From assembly GCA_023244935.1 (NCBI GenBank), contig JAHFLJ010000001.1:13327-77326 (forward strand): 64,000 nt of DNA, in the 5' to 3' direction. The notes beneath the pieces are model-generated. The model saw only the letters and a program-made list of their open reading frames with translations, was not told the origin of the DNA and did not search any database. Shown in pieces: positions 1-8,081 of this stretch. Position numbers and translations under genes: made by a program. The DNA is from Candidatus Liptonbacteria bacterium (GTDB taxonomy: Bacteria; Patescibacteriota; Minisyncoccia; UBA6257; 2-01-FULL-56-20). The stretch's first letter is position 1. Every line of letters begins with the position of its first letter.

Positions 1-796
1 CGACAACTCTTTCCGAAGCCGAAAATCCCGGCGAGTCGGAGTTGGTGCTATCGATAAAAATGCTATGAATTTTTTCTTCGGCCAGTCGATAAAAAATATC
101 CAAATTAGTCGGCTTTCCATTGGCATCGATATCCAATCGAAAATCCCCAAAATTAACCATCTTCCCTGCCGGAGTATTTAAAATAAAACCCAGAGCCTCG
201 GGGATGGTGTGTCCCACCGAAAAGAAATCGGCGGTCAAATGTTCCGATATCGGAATCTTGCTACCGTTTTTAACGGTAATGAAATTTAATTTTGGAGCAT
301 TCGGAAATTCCTCGTGTCTCTTCTCCACAATCGCTTTCGTAAACGGAGAAGTCAAAATCGGCGGGTTACCCAACTTCTCGATTAGATAATGAATCGCGGC
401 GATGTGATCGAAGTGGCCGTGAGTCAAAATAATTGCGCGAATATCCTTTTTACGATTTTCGAGAGATGAAACGTTGGGAATAATAAAATCTACTCCGGGG
501 GTTGCCTCTTCCGGAAACTGAATACCGACGTCGACTATTACAATCTCGTTCCCATATTCAAAATAAGAACAGTTTCTTCCGATTTCTTCCAATCCTCCCA
601 GCGGGATAAATTTAAGCTGAACTCCTTCGGAAGGAAGGAATCGCTCGTTATGTTTAGACGTTTGTTTTGTCGGTGCGCGTCTTACCGCACCGTGATGCGC
701 CGATCTTTCTTTTTTTACAAAGCCGGCGGTTCCCGACGCCCTCGAAGTCCTTTGTTGAGGACCGGAAGCGCGAGATCGTGATACATTCTGAATCAT
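1..796 (-). CDS. rnj: ribonuclease J (MBL/beta-CASP), N-terminal ~265 aa; gene runs off the window start
   Basis: Minus-strand ORF from ATG at 794-796. Translation ...LKFIPLGGLEEIGRNCSYFEYGNEIVIVDVG...ILTHGHFDHIAAIHYL matches the RNase J N-terminus and the MBL HxHxDH motif. An unusual ~58-aa basic N-terminal extension precedes it. Confidence 0.75.
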   Translation of the reverse strand, partial: MIQNVSRSRASGPQQRTSRASGTAGFVKKERSAHHGAVRRAPTKQTSKHNERFLPSEGVQLKFIPLGGLEEIGRNCSYFEYGNEIVIVDVGIQFPEEATPGVDFIIPNVSSLENRKKDIRAIILTHGHFDHIAAIHYLIEKLGNPPILTSPFTKAIVEKRHEEFPNAPKLNFITVKNGSKIPISEHLTADFFSVGHTIPEALGFILNTPAGKMVNFGDFRLDIDANGKPTNLDIFYRLAEEKIHSIFIDSTNSDSPGFSASERVV

Positions 797-945
797 TTTT
801 TTATTTGCTTTGGAGTAAAATTGATTAATATTGAGTTTTGACTAAAACAAAATCCAAAGCTATTTATAGAATTTTCGACAAATTCCATTTAGCTGGCGGT
901 GTTTATTCGATTAAATTATTTTAGGAATAAACTATTAACACCATC

Positions 946-1126
946 TGTGGACGAATAAGGAATTGAACCTTTAGACTGCCCTCACGCCAATGCCGTCTTT
1001 GTGCCGCGGGAGAGATTTGAACTCTCATGGTCTTGCGACCGCTGACACCTGAAGCCAGTGCGTCTGCCAGTTTCGCCACCGCGGCATTGGTATAAGGGAT
1101 GAAGCAACCAGCTTCACTACTCGTCC
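946..1126 (-). other. tRNA-like scaffold (acceptor, D-arm, T-arm) enclosing the tRNA-Leu; possible composite or permuted structured RNA
   Basis: Minus strand: 5' GGACGAG-TA-G-TGAA-GCTGGTTGC-TTCA...CCCTT // ...GAGGG-CAGTCT-AAAGG-TTCAATT-CCTTA-TTCGTCC-A-CA 3'. The acceptor (7 bp, one G-U), D-arm, T-loop TTCAATT and a 17-bp helix (983-999 vs 1082-1098) bracket the tRNA-Leu. See findings. Confidence 0.35.
1002..1085 (-). tRNA. tRNA-Leu (anticodon CAG), class II with long variable arm; CCA not encoded
   Basis: Reverse complement reads GCCGCGG-TG-GCG-AAACTGGCAGA-CGC-A-CTGGC-TTCAGGT-GTCAG-CGGTCGCAAGACCATG-GAGAG-TTCAAAT-CTCTC-CCGCGGC-A. It has a perfect 7-bp acceptor, D, anticodon, variable and T arms, and anticodon CAG. 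Confidence 0.85.
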
Positions 1127-1264
1127 GTTTAAATTTACAAATTGTTTCAAGTTATTTCGCCGGCCGATTTCAACCTGCGCGAGACCTACCCTGAATACAC
1201 ACAAAATGGAGAGTTAAACGTTAATCAGATTATACCTGAATCCCCAAAAAACACAACTCCCATA

Positions 1265-1352
1265 TAGAACCTAGAACGTAGAAAGTAGAATTTAGAATGG
1301 AATCAATGCATTATTCTATTTTCTAAATTCTATGTTCTACTTTCTAATTTTT
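1265..1352. repeat. TAGAA-rich palindromic repeat (inverted pair), family also at 9709-9750, 42746-42781 and 62394-62478
   Basis: tagaacgtagaaagtagaatttagaa ... ttctaaattctatgttctactttctaa form an imperfect inverted repeat. The consensus ATTCTAAATTCTATTTTCTAGGTTCTA recurs at 4 intergenic loci. Confidence 0.6.
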
Positions 1353-2990
1353 CTACTTGAACGTCCTCGCCACCTTCACATACCAATTCTTTAACTCTTT
1401 TGCCCTGTCCGAAAAATCTTCCAGATGCACCTCGTTAATCCCCTGAATATCTTTGCTGGTCAAGAATAAATACGGCTGACTATATAAAAATATTGCCGGC
1501 ACGTCCGCGCCAATCAGCCTCAGCAATTCGTTTTGGGCATTGTTCTTATTTTCAAAAGTTAAACTTCCACGAACATCTTCAATCAGTTTATCCACGGTTT
1601 TATTATTATAAATCGAAAGATTTAATCCCGGATAAAACCTTTCCGAAGAATGCCAGAAAGAGAATAAGTCTCCGGATGAATTTACCAAATTTCCAAAAAG
1701 AAGGGCTTGATAATTTCTATTTTTAATCGGCTCCGCCAAAATCTCTTCGGCGGTCGGGGTGGAAAGCCTCACCTCAACTCCAATACTCTTCCAGTCCTCG
1801 GCGATAAGTTCGGCTGTCTTTTTCAAAAAATCTTTTTGCGGAGAAAGGAGCTCAATCTGAAGTTTGACAATTTCTTTTTTATAAGTCTTTTGGCGAATTC
1901 CATCCTCGCCAATCTTCCATCCGGAGTTATCCAAAATCTCCTCGGCTTGGCCTTTGTCATATTTCTGTGAATCCGAGGACTCTCCCGACTCCGGCAGTGG
2001 CCCGGCCTGCTTCTTGCCGTATCCCAAAAGTGCGTCATTTATTATGCGATCTCGATTAACCGCCAAAGAAAGAGCTTCCCTGACCGCCTTATCTTCCAGT
2101 AATTCATTCTGACTTTGATTTAAAAATACTGCGTAATAGTTTGAAAGAGGGAAAGCATGCAAATCATATGTTCTTTTTATTTTGGAAATATCTTCCGGAG
2201 TTACCTGCGGAAGTCCGTCCGATAAACCGGAATTAAAACTATCAATCGCATCTTCTTGTTTTGTAAAAAAGTTCAACGTAACCCTCCCGATAAAAGCCGC
2301 CTTTCCGGAATAGAACTTATTGGGACGAAGTGAATAGCTGGAAATAAAACCATCGTCTCGCTTCTCCATCTCTTCAAAAACATAAGCCCCGGAACCGACC
2401 GGCTTCAGGTTATAATTTGCCAAGCGCCAGTTAGATGCCGGAGTATCCGCAAAAATGTATTTCGGAACCGGATACAAATTGGAAAGATTATCTTCAAAAA
2501 AACCGTATGGCGAAGAAAGATTAAACTGAACTTCCAATTCGCTCACTCGGCTTATCACCACCCCCTGCCAACTGCTAAAAAATGGGGATGAAGTTTGCGG
2601 ATCTTGAATTTTCTGCAATGTAAAAATGATATCGTCGCTAGTCAATTTTTCTCCACTAGACCAAAGCAAACCCTCTTTCAATCTGACCTTCCAAACCTTT
2701 CCGGTTTTATCGCTTTCAATTTTTTCCGCCAAATCGGAAACGGAAGCAAAAGTTAGCCTCGCGATAGTCTTATCCGTAAAGGTGTCCGCAAATAACGGAT
2801 TTATAAATGATGGCTGTCCGACTATTGCCTCCGAATATTCTCCTCCGCTTGCCGGAGCCGGACGAGTATTCTCTCTTACAAATATACCCAAAAGTAACAG
2901 GCCACTGACGGTTAGTGTTCCTAACGTAAGAATGAACGCCAATTTCTCCTTGGAAGAAAAGGCGGAAAATATTTTTTTAAGCCAACTCAT
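1353..2990 (-). CDS. ABC transporter substrate-binding protein, family 5 (Opp/Dpp-like), N-terminal membrane anchor
   Basis: 545-aa ORF with an N-terminal hydrophobic segment. Its overall pattern resembles solute-binding protein family 5 (peptide/nickel). Confidence 0.65.
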   Translation of the reverse strand: MSWLKKIFSAFSSKEKLAFILTLGTLTVSGLLLLGIFVRENTRPAPASGGEYSEAIVGQPSFINPLFADTFTDKTIARLTFASVSDLAEKIESDKTGKVWKVRLKEGLLWSSGEKLTSDDIIFTLQKIQDPQTSSPFFSSWQGVVISRVSELEVQFNLSSPYGFFEDNLSNLYPVPKYIFADTPASNWRLANYNLKPVGSGAYVFEEMEKRDDGFISSYSLRPNKFYSGKAAFIGRVTLNFFTKQEDAIDSFNSGLSDGLPQVTPEDISKIKRTYDLHAFPLSNYYAVFLNQSQNELLEDKAVREALSLAVNRDRIINDALLGYGKKQAGPLPESGESSDSQKYDKGQAEEILDNSGWKIGEDGIRQKTYKKEIVKLQIELLSPQKDFLKKTAELIAEDWKSIGVEVRLSTPTAEEILAEPIKNRNYQALLFGNLVNSSGDLFSFWHSSERFYPGLNLSIYNNKTVDKLIEDVRGSLTFENKNNAQNELLRLIGADVPAIFLYSQPYLFLTSKDIQGINEVHLEDFSDRAKELKNWYVKVARTFK

Positions 2991-3004
2991 TAATTGCTAA
3001 TTTT

Positions 3005-3220
3005 TTAATTCAAAAAAAGCTTATAGACCGATAGACCGATAAATACCACCGACAAGACGATTGTGGATACAAAAAAGAATTTATCCATTCCTCGCCTGGC
3101 CTGATAAAATCCACCGGCTTCTCCGCCTCCAAAAAGGCCGGACATTCCGACATTCCTCTGCTGAAGCAATACCAGCGTTATTAGTAAAACTGAAACTATT
3201 ATTAATGCTATTTCAATCAT
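3005..3220 (-). CDS. secG: preprotein translocase subunit SecG
   Basis: 71 aa with two TM segments flanking a Gly-rich loop (LLQQRNVGMSGLFGGGEAGGFYQARRG), typical of SecG. Confidence 0.75.
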   Translation of the reverse strand: MIEIALIIVSVLLITLVLLQQRNVGMSGLFGGGEAGGFYQARRGMDKFFFVSTIVLSVVFIGLSVYKLFLN

Positions 3221-3572
3221 TTTTTTCTGATATGTGTAATAAGAAGTTCAAGACGCTAATTGCCAGCGTGGCGATAATCAACGGCTCAACTCCACCAATT
3301 GTAAGCGCCGGGGACAAAAAGTCAACCAAAATCAGCATTAAGGCATTTACCACCAACAACCCCAATCCTAAGGTAAGAACGATTAGCGGTCCCAAAAAAA
3401 GCTTAACAATCGGACGTAAAATGAAATATAAAACCGTAAAAATTGCCGACAAAAGTAAAAGGTCTTTAATATCCGTCGCGACATAAAACCCTGTTACATA
3501 AGAACCCAAAGCAAAAAATGCCAAGGCATTCACGACTATTGATACCACTCCCCGAACTGCGTTCTTAATCAT
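3213..3572 (-). CDS. phage-holin-4_2-like small membrane protein (YvlD/DUF360-like)
   Basis: A ~119-aa protein with 3-4 TM helices starting MIKNAVRGVVSIVVNALAFFALG. The ATG at 3572 is preferred over 3599. An extended -10 (TGGTATAAT on the minus strand) lies at 3584-3595. Confidence 0.45.
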   Translation of the reverse strand: MIKNAVRGVVSIVVNALAFFALGSYVTGFYVATDIKDLLLLSAIFTVLYFILRPIVKLFLGPLIVLTLGLGLLVVNALMLILVDFLSPALTIGGVEPLIIATLAISVLNFLLHISEKND

Positions 3573-3603
3573 TTTTTTAATTATACCACAAGGAAGCACG
3601 CAA

Positions 3604-5139
3604 CTAAACCAAGTCTCTCAACAAATTTTTCCCGCTCATATCCTCCGGCTGTTTCAATCCCATAATATTCAAAATGGTCGGCGCCACATCCGAGATTATT
3701 CCGATTGGTTCATTCGCAACCGATTGCCAATTAATAAATTTTCTGCCCTTGAACTCTCTGGACATCAAGTAAAAAGGCACCGGCGAAGGGTCGTGCTGAG
3801 TTTCTACCCTGCCGGTCGCGGGATTAATAAGCTCTTCCATATTCCCGTGATCGGAAGTAATAATCACTATGGCATCGGTGTTTAACGCAACCTGGACCAC
3901 TCTCCCTATTTCGGCATCAATTGTTTTAACCGCTTCGAGCGATGCATGATAATTTCCGGAGTGAGCGATAGTATCTCCGTTAGCATAATTAACTAAAATA
4001 AAATCGAATGCCCTATTTTCCATTGCCTGAACAAGTCGGTCGGTAATAGCGGATGCCATCATTTGCGGATGTTCATCCGGATGAGGAATTGGCTCCGAAG
4101 GAACCAGGACCCTGTATTCTCCGGTGTATGGCGTTTCTACATAACTGTTAAAAAAATACGTTACGTGAGCATATTTATAGCTTTCGGCAAGTCTAAGCTG
4201 GGTCAATCCGGCATCGGAAATAACCTTCCCGAGTGGGCTTGTAATTACCTCCGGCGGATACGCCACCGGCACTTGAAATTTATCCATATAATGAGACATC
4301 GTCGCCACATGTAAATTCGGCATCTCTTTCCGTGGGAAGTTATCAAATTCTTTATCGATAAACGCCATAGCAATCTGTCGGATGCTGTCTTCTCTATAAT
4401 TAAAGAAGAAAAGAGCATCCCCATCTTTTATCCCGCAATCGGCCTGGACCTTAAGCGGAACCAAAAACTCCTCGTTTAATCCTTTGGCATAATTATTTTT
4501 TATCAATTCATCCAAATTCCCTCGCACCAGAGTTCCCCCGGATCCGGTCATGCAATCGTATGCCTCTTTAGTCAGTCGCCAGTTCCCCTCGCGGTCCATC
4601 GCGTAATATCTGCCGATAACCGTGGCGATTTTATCCATCGGCAATTCTTTAATTAATCCTTCCAAAGTTTTTGGCGACATATCCTTGCCATCTGCAAAAA
4701 GATGGAGCTTAACCTTGGTTATTCCTTGTTGCTCCGCAAATTTCAATAATGCCTTAACGTGTTCGATTGAGGCATGAACGTTCCCCTTGGAAAGAAGCCC
4801 TGCAAAATTTAGAGTGGAATCGTTTTTCTTGACGTGCTCGACACAGCCCAGAAGCGCCGGATTTTCAAAAAAAGTTCCATCCTGAATCGACATGGTAATC
4901 CTCGGATAATACTGATAGATAACCCGTCCCGACCCCAAAGTTAAGTGACCAACTTCACTATTCCCAACCTCTCCCCACGGAAGCCCGACAGAAATACCCG
5001 AAGCCTGCAGGCTGGTTATAGGATAATTTTCTTCTAAAAATTTAAAAGTTTTTGGCTGAACAACATGAATAGGATTGGATTCATCTTCCTTCCCAATCCC
5101 CCATCCGTCCAAAATTATTAATACAACAGTTCGCCGCAT
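3604..5139 (-). CDS. gpmI: 2,3-bisphosphoglycerate-independent phosphoglycerate mutase
   Basis: MRRTVVLIILDGWGIG... with iPGM metal-binding motifs (SDHGN, AHSGN). The start at ATG 5139 has TATAAT 7 nt upstream, so the mRNA is leaderless or has a short leader. The longer ORF to 5265 covers an intergenic repeat and is rejected. Confidence 0.85.
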   Translation of the reverse strand: MRRTVVLIILDGWGIGKEDESNPIHVVQPKTFKFLEENYPITSLQASGISVGLPWGEVGNSEVGHLTLGSGRVIYQYYPRITMSIQDGTFFENPALLGCVEHVKKNDSTLNFAGLLSKGNVHASIEHVKALLKFAEQQGITKVKLHLFADGKDMSPKTLEGLIKELPMDKIATVIGRYYAMDREGNWRLTKEAYDCMTGSGGTLVRGNLDELIKNNYAKGLNEEFLVPLKVQADCGIKDGDALFFFNYREDSIRQIAMAFIDKEFDNFPRKEMPNLHVATMSHYMDKFQVPVAYPPEVITSPLGKVISDAGLTQLRLAESYKYAHVTYFFNSYVETPYTGEYRVLVPSEPIPHPDEHPQMMASAITDRLVQAMENRAFDFILVNYANGDTIAHSGNYHASLEAVKTIDAEIGRVVQVALNTDAIVIITSDHGNMEELINPATGRVETQHDPSPVPFYLMSREFKGRKFINWQSVANEPIGIISDVAPTILNIMGLKQPEDMSGKNLLRDLV

Positions 5140-5150
5140 ATCGTAGATTA

Positions 5151-5245
5151 TAACGTGTAACGCGTAACTTGTAACGCGTAGCACAAAGACGTGTAGCGTA
5201 TAGCATGTAACTTGTAGCGTGGAATACAAGTTGTATTTGTCATCC
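5151..5245. repeat. two ~33-bp direct repeat units upstream of gpmI
   Basis: acgtgtaacgcgtaacttgtaacgcgtagcac and acgtgtagcgtatagcatgtaacttgtagcgtgg occur in tandem. Confidence 0.4.
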
Positions 5246-5268
5246 CGGGCCTGCTTGCCCGCCAAAGC

Positions 5269-5288
5269 CCTGCCTGCCGGCAGGCAGG
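5269..5288. repeat. perfect 20-bp palindrome CCTGCCTGCCGGCAGGCAGG (also 9664-9683; 16-bp core at 9491-9506; variant at 50974-50989)
   Basis: An exact self-complementary 20-mer found at three loci, each adjacent to an ATTCGTA-rich sequence. Confidence 0.7.
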
Positions 5289-5399
5289 AATATACTAATG
5301 TCTGCGAATTATACGAATAATACTAATAATAAGATTTAGCGAGATAGACACCAAAAAGAGATAAATCAACGAAAAGCATCCAATCACGCGGAGAATAGT

Positions 5400-5530
5400 T
5401 CTTCTTGGCCGGGCTACGAAGTTTGCCGAGCATGGTCTCCGCCTGTCGGCGGAGTCGGCAAGCTGAGTGCCAGTTCAAAACCCGCTGGGGTTTTGAATGT
5501 AGGCCAAAAAGGACTATTCGGAGCGCCCTG
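5400..5530. repeat. GC-rich structured element (hairpin ttcaaaaccc-gctg-gggttttgaa); related motif at 15295-15340
   Basis: A local GC spike in an AT-rich intergenic region. It shares ccgccNgtcggcgg...ggag(a)agtcgg with the element downstream of the 14811 gene. Confidence 0.35.
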
Positions 5531-5643
5531 GACGAGTATGCCAATACTCTGTATACTATCAAAGTCCATTCAAAAGTCTTAACACTTCAGTAGGAGCCCC
5601 CCGAAAGGGATTTTAATGAAGATTTTAATCACAAAAAAATACA

Positions 5644-7164
5644 ATGTATACATATTTAGCAGCCATCGTGGCGCTGGTTTTAGGTTTAGGAATCGGATAC
5701 ATAGTCCGAAAAAAAATAGTAGCTAAACAGCTCGGAAGTCTGGACCAACAACTACAACAAAGAACGTCTGAAGCTGAAAACAAAGCCAAAGAGATTCTTT
5801 TTACCGCCAAAGAAAAAGCCTCGGAGATACTCGAAGAAACCCAGAAAGAAGAAAAAGAAAGAAAACGTGAAATTCTGGCGCTGGAAACAAAGATACACGA
5901 ACGCGAAGAAGCCATCGACAAAAAACTAAATACCCTCGAATACGAATCAAATTCCTTACGAAAAGAACGGGAGGTTATTGAAGGTAAAGTTAAAGAACTC
6001 GAAGAAGTAAAAGAAAAAACAAAAAAGGAACTGGAAAGGATTGGTGGCTTGAGCCGAGACGAAGCCCGCGAAGCATTGTTCACGGAAATAAAAGAAAAAA
6101 GCCGTGACGACCTTGCTCGGACCTCGCAAAAACTGGAAAAAGATCTTCGGGATGAAATCGAGAAAAAAGCTAAGGAAGTTATCACCATAGCCCTTCAACG
6201 CTATGCCCGTTCCCACGTTTCCGAATTAACCACCAGTGTGTTTCACCTCCAAGATGAAGAAATCAAAGGAAAAATTATCGGTCGCGAAGGTAGAAATATT
6301 CGCGCCCTGGAAAGAGCCACCGGTGTAGAATTTATTATGGACGAAACTCCGGACACGATTGTCATTTCTTCATTCGATCCATTCCGACGTGAAGTCGCCA
6401 GTCTCGCCTTAGAAAAACTTATTAAAGACGGCCGAATTCAGCCAGCCAAAGTTGAAGAAAAAGTAGAAGAGGCTAAAGAAGAACTAACCAAAAGAATGTC
6501 GGAAATCGGCGAAGCCGCCGCGATGGAAGTTGGAGTTTATGATTTACCGAAAGAAATCCTCCAACTGCTCGGCCGACTTCACTTCCGAACCAGTTTTGGC
6601 CAGAATGTTTTAACTCACTCGATTGAAATGACTTACCTGGCCGGAATGATTGCCGGAGAACTTGGACTCAATGTTGCCCTTGCGAAGAAAGGCGCGCTGG
6701 TCCACGATATCGGAAAAGCAATTGACCACGAAGTTGAAGGGACCCACGTGGAGCTTGGTATTAAAATCTTGCGCAAATATGGAGTTGGCGAAGACGTTAT
6801 CAACGCCATGCGCTCTCACCACGAAGACTATCCTTATGCATCCCCGGAATCTTTTGTGGTTACCGCCGTTGATGTCCTCTCTGCCGCCAGACCCGGAGCC
6901 AGACGTGGAACAATGGAAAATTATATTAAACGTCTCGGTGACTTGGAAAAAATTGCCGGCGAATTTCCGGGAGTTAAACAAGCCTATGCAATTTCTGCCG
7001 GACGCGAACTCCGAGTATTCGTTACTCCGGAAAAGATTGATGACTTTGGCGCTTTGGAAATGGCTCGCTCAATCGCCAACCGAATTCAATCCGAACTTAA
7101 GTTCCCAGGAGAAATTAAAGTTAATGTCATCCGCGAGACCAGAGCAGTGGAATACGCAAGATAG
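5644..7164 (+). CDS. rny: ribonuclease Y
   Basis: An N-terminal TM helix, a long coiled coil, a KH domain (IGREGRNIRALE) and an HD domain (HDIGKAIDHE) give the classic RNase Y architecture. Confidence 0.9.
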   Translation: MYTYLAAIVALVLGLGIGYIVRKKIVAKQLGSLDQQLQQRTSEAENKAKEILFTAKEKASEILEETQKEEKERKREILALETKIHEREEAIDKKLNTLEYESNSLRKEREVIEGKVKELEEVKEKTKKELERIGGLSRDEAREALFTEIKEKSRDDLARTSQKLEKDLRDEIEKKAKEVITIALQRYARSHVSELTTSVFHLQDEEIKGKIIGREGRNIRALERATGVEFIMDETPDTIVISSFDPFRREVASLALEKLIKDGRIQPAKVEEKVEEAKEELTKRMSEIGEAAAMEVGVYDLPKEILQLLGRLHFRTSFGQNVLTHSIEMTYLAGMIAGELGLNVALAKKGALVHDIGKAIDHEVEGTHVELGIKILRKYGVGEDVINAMRSHHEDYPYASPESFVVTAVDVLSAARPGARRGTMENYIKRLGDLEKIAGEFPGVKQAYAISAGRELRVFVTPEKIDDFGALEMARSIANRIQSELKFPGEIKVNVIRETRAVEYAR

Positions 7165-7200
7165 ACTAATAACTTATCACTAATAACTGATAACTAAAAG

Positions 7201-7231
7201 ATCCCTGAGAATTCAGGGATTTTTATTTTTC
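7201..7231 (+). terminator. intrinsic terminator after rny
   Basis: atccctgagaattcagggat hairpin followed by ttttattttt. Confidence 0.7.
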
Positions 7232-7289
7232 ACTTTGCCTATACCGTTTTAATTATTAATTGTTGGTAATAATTTATTTATTGAACCAC

Positions 7290-7559
7290 TTAGTCCAAAG
7301 ATTGATAAATATCCTTTCTCTGCCCGATTGCGAACAGAATAATGTCCTGACTATTCAACCGAAAAATTCCACGATAAACACGAGTAACCCTGAAAGAAAA
7401 GACTCTATCACTACCGAATCCTTTCAGTTTTTTAGTATGAAGTTTCGAATTAAACATATTTTTGCTCAATAAGACTTCTTGTTTCAACAAAAATTTCCTT
7501 TCTTTATCAGAAAGCAAGGCTGTCTCCTTGACATAATTCCTGCTTTTTAAAAGAATCAT
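7290..7559 (-). CDS. type II toxin, RelE/ParE family
   Basis: 89 aa with C-terminal FRVTRVYRGIFRLNSQDIILFAIGQRKDIYQ, typical of RelE/ParE. It overlaps the upstream antitoxin gene by 4 nt. Confidence 0.6.
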   Translation of the reverse strand: MILLKSRNYVKETALLSDKERKFLLKQEVLLSKNMFNSKLHTKKLKGFGSDRVFSFRVTRVYRGIFRLNSQDIILFAIGQRKDIYQSLD

Positions 7560-7789
7560 CTTTGAAATTCTTTTAACGAATCCTTGTAAGAGGAGATTAT
7601 ATCTTTTTTATTGACATAAAGGCTCAACTCTTCAGTAGGCATCTTAGAAATCACGATGCCTTGATTTACGATAAACTGTCTGAGTGAGGCGTTAATAATA
7701 TCCGTCAAAGAAAACCCAAGCTCCCTGGCCAAATCTTGCGCCTGCACCTTCAATTCCTTTTTAGTTTTTATTAAAATAGTTGTGTCCAT
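7556..7789 (-). CDS. type II antitoxin, RelB/DinJ ribbon-helix-helix family
   Basis: MDTTILIKTKKELKVQAQDLARELGFSLTDIINASLRQFI is an RHH fold. The ATG at 7789 is preferred because the 7831 ATG lies within a TTGACA -35-like element. Confidence 0.55.
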   Translation of the reverse strand: MDTTILIKTKKELKVQAQDLARELGFSLTDIINASLRQFIVNQGIVISKMPTEELSLYVNKKDIISSYKDSLKEFQR

Positions 7790-7992
7790 ATCCGAAAGTA
7801 TATATAAACGGATAATATTGTCAAATGCCAAACTTCCGCCTCAACCCCCAGGAATCCGCGAGTTTTACGTACCCAAGCCAGGATTTTTCGGAAATTTATT
7901 TACAACCGGATACAACCAAAGCAAAAAATCGTAAGTCTTTTGATAAATTATTAGATCCTGAAGCATTTTGAAAATTAAATTCTATATTTTAT

Positions 7993-8035
7993 TTTCTCCT
8001 GTTCTTTCCGCTTAATCGGAAAGAACAGGAGAAAA
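7993..8035. terminator. bidirectional hairpin terminator downstream of the prepilin-FGE gene
   Basis: ttttctcctgttctttccg-cttaat-cggaaagaacaggagaaaa is a perfect 19-bp stem with A/T tracts on both sides. Confidence 0.6.
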
Positions 8036-8081
8036 TACAAAACCAATACTAGATTACAGATTTCAGATTACTAAACAACAA

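Noticed and set aside
120-389. Plus-strand 89-aa ORF at the window start, and other short ORFs antisense to long genes (for example 30906-31490, 31530-31862, 32362-32757 inside the giant gene; 33725-34240 inside ileS).
   Set aside because: They are antisense to well-supported long coding regions and lack start context. They are treated as frame artefacts.
946-1126. Considered calling the tRNA-like region a tmRNA, given its T-arm/acceptor ending TCC-ACA.
   Set aside because: A bona fide tmRNA with a tag ORF and a Bacillus-like primary sequence is present at 39896-40263 next to smpB. The 946-1126 region has no tag frame or pseudoknots and contains a complete tRNA-Leu.
5140-5265. N-terminal 42-codon extension of the gpmI ORF (MAGKQARDD...).
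   Set aside because: It runs through the tandem-repeat and palindrome region. The conserved iPGM N-terminus begins at MRRTVVLIILDGWGIG (ATG 5139), with a TATAAT just upstream.
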